This document shows positions 49,114 through 62,378 of a stretch of 64,000 nt of DNA, one piece after another. The stretch's first letter is position 1, and every line of letters begins with the position of its first letter. The stretch spans positions 744,001 through 808,000 of the forward strand of contig JAJCTO010000011.1 in NCBI GenBank assembly GCA_046563655.1. The letters are read 5' to 3'. The stretch is from Yuukianura sp. NJ FZ-2021. Taxonomy: Eukaryota. The position numbers were made by a program, and so were the translations under genes. Under the pieces are notes generated by a model. The model did no database searches and was not told the origin of the DNA. It was given only the letters and a program-made list of their open reading frames with translations.

Positions 49114-52100
49114 ATGGTGCTGTGTTGCTCCATGCCAGATTGTCGTAAAAATACATACAAAGTGCAGTCTGGGTTTACAAAACTTAAGTTCTTCAGAGTG
49201 CCGAAAGCACAAGCAATTCGAACTGAATGGGAGAGTATTTGTTCGACAAAGTTCAGTGACTCTTCCCGAATCTGCTCATCTCACTTTCCAATGCTTGACG
49301 ACACTGCTCAAAGGTTGCCCAAAGGGATGCTTCCAGTTATGGCGATAAGCGAGGGTAAGAATTTTGTAAATTTTAATTTTCAGTTGTTCCTAATAGTGTA
49401 TCCCAATTTGGTTTAGCCCAACCTACGACGCGCAGTGACAAGAAGAAGTGTTCCTCTTATCGTGACAAATGGAGAAAGCTCAAGGCTGAAGTCAAAGTCC
49501 TGCGTCAAGCACATTCGAGCAGGAGTTGCGCATCACGGATACGCTACAAGCGTGTAATTCAAGGACTCCGCAAAACTGTTCAGGCTAAGACAGCCAGAAT
49601 CCTACAGCTTGAAACTCAATTGGCACGACTAACCCGGAAGTGTGAAACTCAGGTCAAGGTCATGGAGAGGGTGAGTGAATACATGCTAATTTGAAAACGT
49701 TCTCAAAAATAATCAGTTTTTTAAAGGTATTTACGCCAACACAATTGAATGCATTGATGGATAACAAAACGAAAACCTGGTGGCCACATGAAGATATCAT
49801 CAAAGCCCTTCGATTGAGAACAAAATCGAAGTCAGCGTACATTTTTGTACGTGACCACTGGGGAATTCCATTACCAAGCATCAGTACCCTACACAACTGG
49901 GTACAGAGTATCAGTGTTTCTCCAGGAATTCTACACGATGTTTTGAAGTTACTGAGAATAAAGTTTGCAGAATCTTCAACCTTCATACGGTACCCTTAAA
50001 CTATATTTGATTCATATGCACATTATGCATATTAATGTATAATTTTTGAAACAGCCATTGTTGCGTCACTTTCGACGAAGTCAACTTAGATGGCTCTTTC
50101 TGCTACGACCCATCTTTAGACCAAATCTTCGGACGTGCTAAGAACCTAATGGTGGTCTTCGTCAGGGGTATTTTTTCTTCATGGAAGATGCCGGTGTTCA
50201 TGGGATACGATGTCAAATTTGAAAGAGCCATGATTGAAGATCTTATGGTTCAACTACATGATGCAGGATTAGTACCAGTTGCCATGACCTGTGACAATGC
50301 TGGATCAAACCGTGGCATTTGGACAAAACTGAATGTCAGCTACCAATACACTTCGTTTGCGCATCCAACGACTGGCCATCCCATCTATTGTATCTCTGAC
50401 CCTGTTCATCTTATAAAACTACTCCGAAATAACATAATCGACTGGGGACTCACTTTGGCGGATGGAACTCAAATTAATAAAGGTATATAAGCATTTTGAC
50501 CTCGACCTTTTGACCCCTTGAGGGGTCAAGGGGTCAAGGACTTGGAATTTCGGGATTCTGACTTCACAACTTTAATGCAGAAACCAAATGGACTTGATTT
50601 TTGCATAGTGACCTTTTGACCCTTCCAGGGGTCAAGGGGTCAAGGACTTGGAATTTCGACATTCTGACTTCACATCTTTAGTGCAGGGACCAAATGGACT
50701 TGTTTTTTGCATAGTGACCTTTTGACCCCTTAAGGGGTCAAAGGGTCAAGGACTTGGAATTTCGGGATTCTGACTTCACAACTTTAGTGCAGGGACCAAA
50801 TGGACTTGATTTTTGCATAGTGACCTTTTGACCCCTTGAGTGGTCAAGATTAACCAAAAGGTTTCGGCTAACTTACACATATTGACGACATATTGTTTTC
50901 CAATAGCATTGTTTGAGAAAATATTGCAAACGGATCGGGCGGAGCTAAAAATTTGCCACAAACTGACCCAGCGCCATCTAGATGTGCAGAACTCTGAGCG
51001 ACAGAACGCGCGACTAGCGTTTCAGACGCTCTCAAATTCGATTTCAAGTGCAATAGAGTTCTTATTTCCGACAAAAAAATCTGAAGCGGAGTTCATCCGT
51101 TTAGTATCAAATGCATTTGACGTTCTCAATTCAAGAAACAGAGAGGAAACGAATCCAAGCAAAGTGTGCTATGGAGTACAACTGGAATGGCAAAGTAAAA
51201 TACTGGATGATTTCTATAAGGTTACGTAAAAATATGCTAACATTAAAATTTTCTTTGTTTAACAGTTTTTCTTTATCTGTAGACTGTTTCTACTATGAGA
51301 GTGAATCATCCGCGTCTGAAATCTATGCTGCCATTCCAGAAGGGAATCTTGATGACAATCAACTCCGTGAAGGGCCTTTACAATGATCTAGTCAACTCTT
51401 TGGGAATCAAGTTTATCGCAATTAATCGTTTGAATCAAGACATCGCAGAGAACGGCTACTCAATTATGCGAGGGATGGGCAGATTTAAATTGAATATGAC
51501 TGCCGTCGATGCAAAATACCGCTTACGTACACTCGTGTTGATTTGGCTATTTTCGATGGAGGTTGACGATTCTGAGTTAGCGGAAGTGGTCAAAGTACTT
51601 TCAGAAATCGGCGAAGAGGATGCTGAAAATGACGTTTGACTTTTAGCTTTTTCAAACAAATTTTTTTTTTACTTTATACATATTTTTGAAAATTAATCAT
51701 TTCATTCAGATTCCAGATTTGTGTGAAATTGGATGTGAAACTCCAGTTTCAAGACGAAAAAGATCACTGACAGACGTATGTGAACAAGAAGGATTGGAGT
51801 ACTTTGGAGGATTCATTTTGCGACACTTGACTGATAACAATCCGGATTTGGTATTACAAGATGAGGATAGACTACCCATGTCTTGGTGTCAAAAGTTCAT
51901 CACGCGGTGGACTAACTATTCCCTCAGACCGAATGATGGCACTTCTGGAACTTTGGGAAGTGTATTTTGAGAAGTGAGTCTAATAAAATCCAACCGAATT
52001 TTGTCAAACTGTGATAATTTATTTACACTTATTTCTTATTCAAGATTTCACGGCAGAATTGCGAATAAGAAGGCAAATGTGATGCGACATCTAGCGTCCG

Positions 52101-52280
52101 CAATCGGAAACGACTTCCCGGAAGTAGATCCAAAAGTCGTTATGAAATACGTCCGTGTTCGAACATTTTTACGCCTAAAATATCTGAATCAGAAGATTTG
52201 CACTCTCAAGGGAAGATTCAGGAATACAGGGAAAGCTAATCAGTTTCTGTTGAGTGGAAACCCGTTACTCTCATTAGTTA
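49114..52280 (+). CDS. THAP-domain P-element (THAP9-like) transposase, multi-exon; 3' end and intactness unverified
   Basis: THAP CCSMPDC...FFRVP...W...RICSSHF; PLPSISTL; FDEV; TCDN; SDPVHLIKLLRNN; RQNARLAFQTLS; NQDIAEN..SIMR; GLEYFGGFI. Confidence 0.85.
50505..50850. repeat. Intronic tandem repeat, ~106-bp unit, ~3 copies, with TGACCCCTT/AGGGGTCA palindromes
   Basis: GACCTTTTGACCCCTT at ~50505, 50610, 50716, 50822. Confidence 0.9.
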
Positions 52281-53068
52281 AGTACATAATAAATTATTTG
52301 ATGGGATTGTATGATTTTTTTTTATAAAAATTTTCGAATAAAAAAAAAGAAGAAAAAAAAGACTAAATTTGCCATAGAAATGGAGGCCAAGATGAACCGG
52401 CTTCATTTTTGAAAATTTTTGCACAAAATTGAAAAACCCGAGGTGCTGGATAACCTTCTGTAGCTTTTGTTTGTTTACCCACCTTGGTCCTAAATCTCGT
52501 TTTCCACGAGTATTCAATAGTGGAGTACCGGCTATATTTTTTCACAAGCTAAATCTAGACAGTCCAAATGCATAACAACGTGGAATTTATAATTTTTAAC
52601 ATTTCAGTTTACCATGATAGTAAATGGTACATAATGAACACATCAGCAGCACTGAAGTCAAATCTGTTTGGAAACGTGATACCCAATTTTCACAGAGTGA
52701 AGAGGTTTGGCGCATTCTCAAAATGTAAAAAGTTAGTACCCGGGTATAAAATTTTAAATCCTTTCAAAAGCCATGAAGCAATGAAACAGTTCGAGCTGCA
52801 AGACTACATTTATTTGCTTCTGTACAAGCTGAAAGTTTATGTTTCGAAGGAAGAAGATGAAGAAAATCTGTCACAAATCATTGAGCAAAGCGATATAGGC
52901 TTTTACGGTGCAGTACAAAGTTTTAACGCATGTTTTTTGTTCCTGCTAGAACAGACAACATTAAGTTTCTTGACCTGTGACGGAACAGCGGAAATGTTAA
53001 GCTTTGAAATTTATACAAAACCGTATGATTCATACTTTTGGAGTGGATTATTTGCAACTGGAGTTTTA

Positions 53069-54202
53069 TGCCGAATTTAGAGATTCTGTTACCATGCCGT
53101 GAACGTTACCATGCCGTTACCTTTATGTTCTTTGTTTCATTTATACTTGCTGCTAAAAATTGGCAGAAAGGAATCTTTTCCTCTGCCGTTCTTCTTTCCT
53201 CTCTCAATTCTGTTGAGAAAATGTAAACCGTGATTTTAGGAAAAGGATGGATTCATCAGTTGCCGCTTTGGCTATTCGGCTAAGGACGATTCGACGTCTA
53301 CGACAAAAGATGAAGCGACGACCACGATCCATGCACATCCGCAACATTTTTCTGAATCGATCGATCCATGGCGAAAGTGTTTTGGCAAAGGAACTCCGTT
53401 CTGACCCTTACTACCACTTTCGCTACTTTCGGTATATGTGAAATATGAAATTATAAAATTAAAGCGTCCGTGTATTCATACAATGTGATGTAAAACTTGG
53501 CTTTCAGAATGGACAAAGCTAACTTTGATGAAATTTTGGCTGCGACAGATCTGAAGCCACTTTCCAAAAAGCATATTCTTCCAATTTCTTGGACTGACAA
53601 GCTTGCAGTTACTTTGAGGTACGATGAATACAATTTTTGAGCATGCGCAGGAGGATAATTTAACGTTTTTTTAAATTTAGATACCTTGCCACTGGGAATT
53701 CACAGATTTCACTTGCTATGAGCTATCAAATTTCACCGTCCTCAATTTGCAAAATTTTGAGAGAAGTCATGGCTTCCATTTGTCACCATCTTGGTCCAAT
53801 TTATTTGCCAAAACCTACCAAGGAAATATGGACTACAAATGAACTCGGATTCAAAGAAAAGTGGAATTTTCCTAATGCGTGTGGAGCAATCGATGGGAAA
53901 CATAAAAGAATTCAAAGTCCAAGATTTTCTGGAACAACGTACTTCAACTACAAAAACCATTTTTCCGTCGTTCTTCTAGCGATTACGGATCTTTCATACA
54001 AATTCTCAGTTGGATTTTGGGAAAATGTTGGAATCTCCAGAAACAGGATTACCAGATCCGAAAAACGTCGACGGAAAAGTCCTACCGCAGTCTTTGTCAA
54101 GGGAAAGGAATGTATAAACCGAAAAATCGGAAAGGAAGGCAGAAAGATAGGCTAACCTAACCAACAAAAAGAAGAACGGTATGGGAATGTGTAAATTCGG
54201 CA
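53069..54202 (+). mobile_element. PIF/Harbinger transposon, internally deleted
   Basis: TIR TGCCGAATTTA...TAAATTCGGCA with TTA TSD; LAVTLR/YLATG, WNFPNACGAIDGKH, YFNYKNHFSVVLLA; truncated before the rest of the DDE core. Confidence 0.9.
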
Positions 54203-54994
54203 TTATTTAAACTTTTTGCTACTTGTGCAATTCATGTCCAATCACGCACAACGTTTCAGTTTAGAAAATTAGTTCCGATATGCCTAGACTTTTTGTTCAT
54301 CTATTGCGGAAGTCTTTGGGAAATTTCTACTAAATTACAGCAAAAAAATGCCCGAGATCGTAAAATTTTTGTTCTCAGTTTGTGGACGTTGCTAGCTATT
54401 ATTTTGACAAAAGCATTCAAAAGTGTAGTTGCGTCGCATCTGACAACTGACAAACCAATTACACAAACATACATCAAACTGAATCAGCTGGAAGGTTTCG
54501 TGATACTTATAGAGGAGACCTTTGTTCAGTACTGGGAGTTCAAGAATCTTTTATAACGCAAGAACTTATGCCACTCTTTACTTGACAATGACAAATTTCA
54601 ACAACTCAGGTACTTTCAAATGCCTTGATCTGATTGGTCCTCATCATCAGCTGCAAGCAAGCCAGTTTTGCTGGGACTGGTTTGCATACTACATTAGAGA
54701 CGAGACTTCGCTTGATGAATACACGGCATGGGCAAGGTCTAAACTTAATAACACGATCATACTAGGTACTCTGCAAAATTTAGGCATGACTTCCAAATTG
54801 CACAGAATCAAAGATATACCTAAGAGACTTTCGGAAATTCTCTCTTCTTGTTCAAAAACAGCTCTGGTGTTGCAGGAATCAGACTTAATTTTATATTTGG
54901 CATACTACGAAAACAGAATACAACGTGAGAGTAAACTTTCCAGCGTAGAAACTGTATATTTCCGGAAAGGAAAGGATGAAAAGCAGTTTGCTCT

Positions 54995-55675
54995 TGTTGT
55001 GTGCTGGGCGGACTGTAAACACCCAGGGTTCTTGAATGGACGGAAACTAAGAGAGAAACACAACTGCGTCGACCCGGATACTGTTGTATTGTATCAGACC
55101 CACTGTACACTAATGAATGCCTTTGACCTTTGCTGTGACCCCAAGTAGATGGTTGGTTTTACTGGTTTATTGAAACAATGAACTGATTTCTGTTGAAGGA
55201 AGACAATAGTAGAGGATACCACACACAAAGGAAAGGTTAGAGTCGTCTCTATAGTAGAGCAACGACGGACACAAGAGAGTTGACTTCGCAGAGGTCAACG
55301 GACACATGAAGACAGTGACTAGTTGAAAGAAAGAAGACTAATGAAAGACTGTCCTGCCGAGAATGGCAGAGGAAGGGAATTTATAGAGTAGAGGTCGACC
55401 TCAAGGGCTGACCTGGTCACAAGTAAGAAAAAGACAGTTTGGGTTGGGTCGTAAATCCACCCCAATTGATATGACAGTTTCTAGGAAAAGACACAAAAAT
55501 GTAGATTGAAACTATAGAAACTGACACGTGTAAACAAATGAGAGCCTAAGTTAACCTTACTTCTTAGAAAGACTAAAATTAACATAAGGAATATAGAAAA
55601 TTGCCTGAGACGACTCAGAAACCCTGAAAACGCTCCAACAAAGGATCCAATATGGAGGACGGCCATAGGATATCA
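54995..55675 (-). mobile_element. Probable solo LTR
   Basis: TG...CA ends; minus-strand TATAAA (~55383) then AATAAA (~55172); interrupts the IR-like frame. No clean TSD seen. Confidence 0.45.
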
Positions 55676-56764
55676 TTTTAACCTTGAGCATAAATACAAA
55701 AGAATGCAACTACTCATGTGCTCTGGAATTTATCATTTGTGGGAAAAGTGGGATCCTCTAACCAAGACCTGCAGAACGAGACGAAATTTTACGTGAGCAT
55801 GAAAAAACACAGTGGCTAAAGACTCGACCTCGAAAACTGTGCCTGACAGGAAATATTATTACGTGTTTCTACATGCTCCTGTGTTGCTTGGGTTTATGCA
55901 CTTTTGCGTTCATTTATGAAGTACGATTGGTACTTTATACAAATATAACTCAAATGAGAAGTGTATCTCATTGCCTACTACCGTATTTCCTCGACTACAA
56001 GACGTACTCGTAACATGCATTTGCCGCAATTTTAAGGACATAAAAACAAAAACGTATGCGCTTATGTTGTATATTATGAAATTAAAAATGAACGTTGTAG
56101 AAAATATTAGCGAAACATCTATGTGCACTACCACGTATAAGCAATGTAAAAAATTAAAAAAAAAAGTTTTTCATGTAAGTGTGTAAAGCGCCACTCTACT
56201 TTCATTTTGTCAAAAAGCTGGGACCACCCCGCAATGTAAATAAATTTCTCAATAAACGAATCTGAAATCACAACTTCTAGCTTTGTATTCAGCGTTCAAA
56301 TGATTCAGTGAAATAAGGTAAATTGTTATATTAAGTAGTATATCAAATTGGAAATTTTGAACTAATCGTAAGTGGTTTTCTTCTAACATCATCTGTAAGC
56401 CGCGAGGAATTGTAAAATCTACAAAAGGTAATCCAGAATCGGCGGTTCTTAATTAGTTGAACCACATTTACTAATCCATACGGATACTTCCTATAAGTTT
56501 TAATTGAAAATACCACAACAATATTTATCTGTTCACAAGCGAACGTTTACTGCCGATGCCGAAAAATGTACATGTACGCGGAAATTGTAACTGGGAATCT
56601 CGGTGTGTTTGGATTTATTGCGGTTATGATATTGGAATTAGAGTGCTAAATTAATTTTCAAAATTTATAAAACAATGCGAACGGATTTAGTCGACTCGCA
56701 GTCGCAAAAGCTTCAAAGGACTTTCTAACACTTAATTAAAAAAAAAGATTTTCGAACTTTTGAA

Positions 56765-57616
56765 ATGAATTTCTTTTCGAAAGGAATGTTTTTGGTTTTG
56801 GGTGTGACCATCCTTGGAGGCATTTGTGTTCTGGCACAACGAGAAGGGAATGGACAATTTGGTCCCGAGCAGTCTGGAAGATTGCCTTACGTCACCATTT
56901 TTGAGCATTACTTTAATGGTAACCTTTCATTTTTTTTCAATTTCCAAAATTCTAACACTAAAAGATGCGAAACGAAAAAAGAAATAAAATACAGAAGAAC
57001 CCATCGTTCTATAATTCACCGGAAGTCCCCTCTTAACCAATCAGCGCGCTCCTCTCACCCAACCTTCCAATCAGAGAACTCCTCCCAAAGCACCAATAAG
57101 AACTCTCCTCTCAACCAACCAATAAGAGCTTATTCCTGAATGAGAAGCTCCGCTTCTAGCAACACGTTGTAATTGGTTGGCTAAAATGGCTCTTAACCTT
57201 AAGCAAAAAAAAAAGTTGCTAAAAGTATTACTTTTTTGTATTTCTTCTGTATTACATTTTCCAAGAACGTCAAAGTTTGAGTTGATTTGCAAAACGCTTA
57301 ATCAAATTAATGTTCAATTTTGACTAATTATTCAGGGCGTCATTGGAATATTACCGTCGCCGGAACTTGTCGTTGCCAGAACTTCCCCGCTTCTGCCTCC
57401 AATATGATAACGTCGCTTCATACGAACGGTAACTGTGTCGTTTTGTTCCGGGACAAAGGTTGTTATGGGCATGCCGTACGTCAAGAAGATTACTCCTATG
57501 GCTACAGGGATTTGGGAAATGTTGGAATCAACGATGCTGCCAATGCTGTTCAGCGATGCGGTTGTTATGAAGAAGATGCTGGTGGCGCAGGAACTACTCC
57601 CAGCAGCATATATTAG
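56765..57616 (+). CDS. Small secreted beta/gamma-crystallin-like protein, 2 exons (56765-56918, 57336-57616)
   Basis: Signal peptide; phase-1 GT-AG intron joins VTIFEHYFNG to RHWN; C.N.P...NMITSLHTNGNCVVLF...C.G...DLGNVGINDA; TATAAA ~56666. Confidence 0.7.
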
Positions 57617-58436
57617 TTAACTTGACTCAACCATGATTCTAAGAAGAACGGAAATTTTGAAACATAACATCAAACTGAAATATTAAGTCACACTTTCAAA
57701 ATTAAGGTTTCTCATTGAACCATGATTGAAAAATAAAAGTTGATTAGAACTAAATTCCCGGAATTTTAAACACAATGTGGTTATATAACAGCAAAATTTA
57801 ATTGATAAAAACATAAATATTCAAATTACATGCACATTTTTTTAATAAATCTAACCTAAGAAAAACAGCAGTGAAGTGCAACACCACCTCATTTAACTAT
57901 TTTAGCATTCCTAATTTTAAAACTTTACACCAACTTCGTAACATCGGTTGAAATCATAATGATAAACCACAGAAATGACTAGTTAACCACAGCTTTTTAA
58001 GATTTTTCAATTACATTTGACGCTGGATATGCCAGTTTCTTTGTCTTTGTCATCAAATTTCGCAAAACTGCAGAGTTGAACGAAACGTTTTTGCAGCTTT
58101 CCTGACTGCATTTTTGTGGTAAAATGGAAAGATACGCTGCACTCGCATGAAAATTTCAATGCTAAAACTAACCCACCCTAAAACACAAGTTTCACCAAAT
58201 TCCAGGAAGAGTATGACTAATCCGTCTGACCAAATCGATCTTACACTTCGAACTTCTCTTCATTATAAACCAACAGTTGAAAAACCTCTTTTTTATCATT
58301 TCTCAAACGGACTTAACTGAATGTGGTTTTGGGCCAATCAAAGTGCAAGATTGCAATTCAGTGCAGTCGATTTACTAAAAAAAAGTCAAGCTTTTGAGTT
58401 TTCAATTATTTTAACTTTGAAACTAAAAAAACAAGT

Positions 58437-58925
58437 ATGGAGACGATTGAAGAGCTGGCTGCTTGCAAGCATTACTTGCTATACTGGAATGATACTGCGG
58501 AAGTATCTACTGATACGATTAAAGAAAAAATGAAGGAAGTCAATTTTCTCAAAAACTCAACAACTTTTTCTGGAAATTGTTGCTGGAGATCTAGAGAAAG
58601 CAAGAATGACGCTGGAGGAAGTTGAAACCACGATGGATTTGTTTACTTTAGCAGGAATTGACCAGAACTATCTTCCTGGATTCGAATATTTGCATGAATT
58701 GATCAAATTACACTTCAAACTGGCTTTTCAAAATGTCGCTGAATTCCAAAAAGTCAAGTGTGACATCGCCGTACGACATCCACCACCGACTGCTTTGGAC
58801 TTAGATACAGAGTACAGTGATTTGGGAAGTCGTAGCAAATGTGTCGTCATTTTAGCTCGATGGATGCTTGATCTAACGCACCATCGAACTAGTCGTCAAG
58901 ACGGACTGCAAATTATGACAGAGGT
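58437..58925 (+). pseudogene. Frameshifted coding fragment of unknown family
   Basis: Overlapping ORFs 58437 and 58606 after AAGTATGG; ends at donor GAG/GTAATT. Family not recognised. Confidence 0.3.
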
Positions 58926-59568
58926 AATTTACACAAAGTTAATTTTAATGAAAATATAATTTCTGAAATTCAAAGGATGTGTAAATTTTTTATTTTGAAT
59001 TTGGCCGCGTTCAAAATTTGTACAATAGATCCTCTCAAATCGAAACTTTTTTGGGTTAGATTTTCTATTATGCTTACAATCGGTTGAGATAAGGTTTTGC
59101 AACCTTCATTGTATCGGCACAGTGTAGCCACTTTGTGGCTACACTATTCAGTTGCATAATGGGTGGTGTGGGAAAACAGTATTGGTAAGCCTCCAGTGGA
59201 TAAGGAGGCACCATGGTCCGGTCACACCGGCTGCTTTACTTTTTCCTATCCCGCAGAGTGGAGGACGAGGTCGCAGGTTCGAAACTCGGGTCAGTCCTCA
59301 TACTGCCCGAAGAAAAAAAAACATAAATAAAGCCTCACTGCAAGCTGAATTGCATAACTGAGTTGATTAGGTTAATTAGTTTGTTAATTTGTCCCAGGCT
59401 TGTGCAAGCATCCCGATTCCCCTAGGTTAGTATTCAACTCAGTTTGCACCTTCTGCACTAGTCGTCTGCAATTGGTTTTAAAAAACCGCTGGGGAAAACA
59501 AAAAAACCGTTTTTTCCCGTAGCAACGTATTATGCACATAGAGTTGTCAAGACGACGATTTTTCGTTT

Positions 59569-61581
59569 TAGTCTTCTGGAGACGCACGTCTACGACGTGC
59601 TGAAGAAGACTATTGATACGACTTTGTCCGTCTGTCTGTCTGTCTGTCCGTCTGTCACGTTTTTTAGTACTCATTGTACTGAAACATTAGCCCCATCTCA
59701 GTCGGGGGGTTATGTATGGCTCAAGAATTTTCAGTACCTCTACATTGCACTCAAACTCGTACATTAACAACGTAGAAGTCTGCGGCTACTTTACGTACCC
59801 GCAGTATCGTGGCTCCGCAAAACTGTTTTGGTTTCGATTGTACTCAAAATATTTGTAAACAACGAATTCTTGATCTGGTCATTTTCTGGCAGTATGTTTA
59901 ATTACGTTGTTAAGTTAAGACTGATCAGAGGGTGGAAAATTCGGCTTAACTGTTTAATATGTGAATGGTGCACAACAGGGGTCAAAGTTGCATTTACTAG
60001 AAATTTTTATAGTTTCGATTTTCAAAAGCGATATCCGACCCCTCGAGCCAGCGTTCATTTTTGTGCATGCATGATGCACACTTACGCCTGCTACGGACTT
60101 ACTGTGCTGCTGCTGTGCTGTTGCCGTGGCATCCCCGTGCTTTGCATTGTTAGCATCCTAACTTCCCAATTTTTTGCGCGAGCACAACATGCTCTCTGCT
60201 TACCGTGCTCATGCTCTGCGCGAATTCCTTGCGGTAAGTTAGGATCGGATCGGCAAGTTACGGGATGAAAAAACTTGTTCAAGCAAAATGGCTACATCAG
60301 AGTTCCTATTGGCTGTTAAGTTACTTGTGCTTCGCCGTATTCGAAATAATAACATTATAATAATTAGCACTGAAAATAATCTACAAAAAAGGATTAACCG
60401 AGTAATTCGATTTCCGCTTGGTTAATAATTGAATTAATCTGAAGTTCCACTTCCAAAAACGATCGTCTGTTTTGTATTCCCAAATTCATCAAATCCGCAC
60501 AAGACACAAACACATCCATCCACCACTATTTGAACAAACCCACTGCAAGGAATGCCTTCGCTACTTTTCTATGACGTATTTTTAAACTGGCTTTGACGAT
60601 GTACTTGACTCAAAGGGAAAACAGAAATGAAGGAGCGTTTCTTTCTAACATACAAGTGCGAATGAGGCAATTGAACATGGGAATTAATTTATTCATACAG
60701 CCCATTCACAACATTCAAAACTAACTTTAACAGAAAATGGACCAAAAAAAAATTGTAAATGTTACAAAATTTATTTGATTCCATGAGAACAAAAAAAAAA
60801 TAACAAAAACAACCAGTGCTCTGGTCGTGCTTCCTCAAAAGTTGCTGCCGTCCCTACTTTCAAAAGAGCACGGTAAGAGCAGCAGCACGGTAAGGAAAAC
60901 GGGAAGTTAGGATGCTTTCCCTTGCTCTGTCGTTGCCTTGGGAAAATGAGGCAGCACAGCACGGGGAAGGCACAAGTAAGTTAGGATCGGTATTTTTTAA
61001 CAAAAACAGCGCAGCAAAGCATCGTCAAGGCAGCAGCACGGTAAGTCCGTACCGAGCGTTATGACCAACAAGGATACATAAACGAGGATACATAAGTTGT
61101 ACATTTACATGAACCAATTGATTTAAAAGAATGGATATTCGACGCATGCTCCTCAGCGTTCAATTTTGTACATGATGCACAAATCTAAATTTCGATATCA
61201 TTATTTTGGCGCCGTTTGATTCACGCTCTTTTCGCTAATGGTACATTGCCACGGCAACACCTATAATACATTATGTGCATCTTGCTCACAAATTAAGAAC
61301 ATCAATTTAGTGCAAATATTTTGGGGCTCAAAACTGAAACATAATTTTGGTGCAATTAAATGGTAGAATTGCCAACCCAATTCTGGTGCAACTCATGCAC
61401 GAAATAGGACCTCACACCACCCGCACTGAAAAGTTTGAGCGATGTTTTGGTGCATTAGTTACATAAAAACGGTTTCTCAATTCTTCTACAGTTTTGAGGC
61501 AGGCCAGTTTAAGTCGAATCATTTGTCAACTCCCTCCAGAAGACCTATGCTCAACCCTTGAGCATCGCCCTACCTTGTTTT
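59569..61581 (+). mobile_element. Full HINE element with nested MITE
   Basis: 5' TAGTCTTCTGGAG at 59569; 3' stem-loop end at ~61535-61581. Confidence 0.88.
60085..61058. mobile_element. Tourist/Harbinger-type MITE with TTA TSD
   Basis: TACGGACTTAC.GTGCTGCTG / CAGCAGCACGGTAAGTCCGTA; TTA on both sides; the empty site CACTTATGACCAA is seen at ~63359. Confidence 0.85.
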
Positions 61582-62378
61582 CTTTTAACTAGAATGGACA
61601 TAAGGCATTTTTTCAACAAAATTTTTGAAGCAAATTAAAAGAGGTAAAAAAACCGATTTCACCTGAACTTTAAGGCCGGTTTTCACGACGAAATTCAAAC
61701 GTTCTTTCAAACTTTCTAAAATTGTTAATAAAAAAAAGTTGAAAAGACAGTCAAATAATTTTTGAATTGCAAAGGGTGGATCTTTGGTTGGTGAATCGTG
61801 GAGCCAAATAAACTTCTTGCTAATTAACTTTACTGCAAGGGAGATTTGTAGAGAACGGTTGTGGCAGTACTTTAGATACTTTAGAAGGATATCCATAACT
61901 TCTTAGCTACAGCAGCTTGAAGTCTCAATTGCAGTGAAACTAATTAGAAGGAATTTAATTTGACTCCAGGGTTCACCAATTGAAGATCCACACTTTGAAC
62001 TTCAGAAACTATTTGACTGTTTGTGTCGCCTCAAACTCCAAACAAATTAGTGACACCCGTGTCAGATCCATAGTTCCTAAATCACGGGAGAATGACCTGG
62101 TGATTTCTACCATTGATGTATACTTAGTAAGTAGATAGTAACTTAGATGTAGATAGGTTGTTTAGATGTAATTAACTTAAGTATCAGTAATTTAATTAGA
62201 ATTAGTAAATAGTAACTTCAATTTAACTTTTTGCCAAAGCAATTTCAGCAGCAGAAGCAATTGTTGGGTTGCTGCCGCTGCCACCTCCTCTTGGCACACT
62301 ACTAGTCACCATTTGTATCATGACAGATATGCGCGGATATTTTGTCTAAAAAGTCTTAAAAACCTGCTTTTCGCATTT

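Larger units (their letters stand above)
48890..52486 (+). mobile_element. P-element superfamily transposon with 8-bp TSD
   Basis: Ends CAAGGT...ACCTTG; TSD GTCCTAAA at 48882-48889 and 52487-52494. Confidence 0.92.
48423..55910 (+). pseudogene. Divergent ionotropic-receptor-like membrane protein gene broken by P, Harbinger and LTR insertions
   Basis: Signal peptide at 48423; SFLTC...SFEIYTKPYDSYFW; LWTLLAIILTKAFKSVVASHLT; SGIYHLWEKW near 55722. Frame rejoins across the Harbinger TSD. Extra stops and frameshifts present. Confidence 0.6.

Noticed and set aside
59100..59325. tRNA or SINE from GGTTCGAAACT and a short A-run
   Set aside because: No cloverleaf or TSD found; too weak to call.
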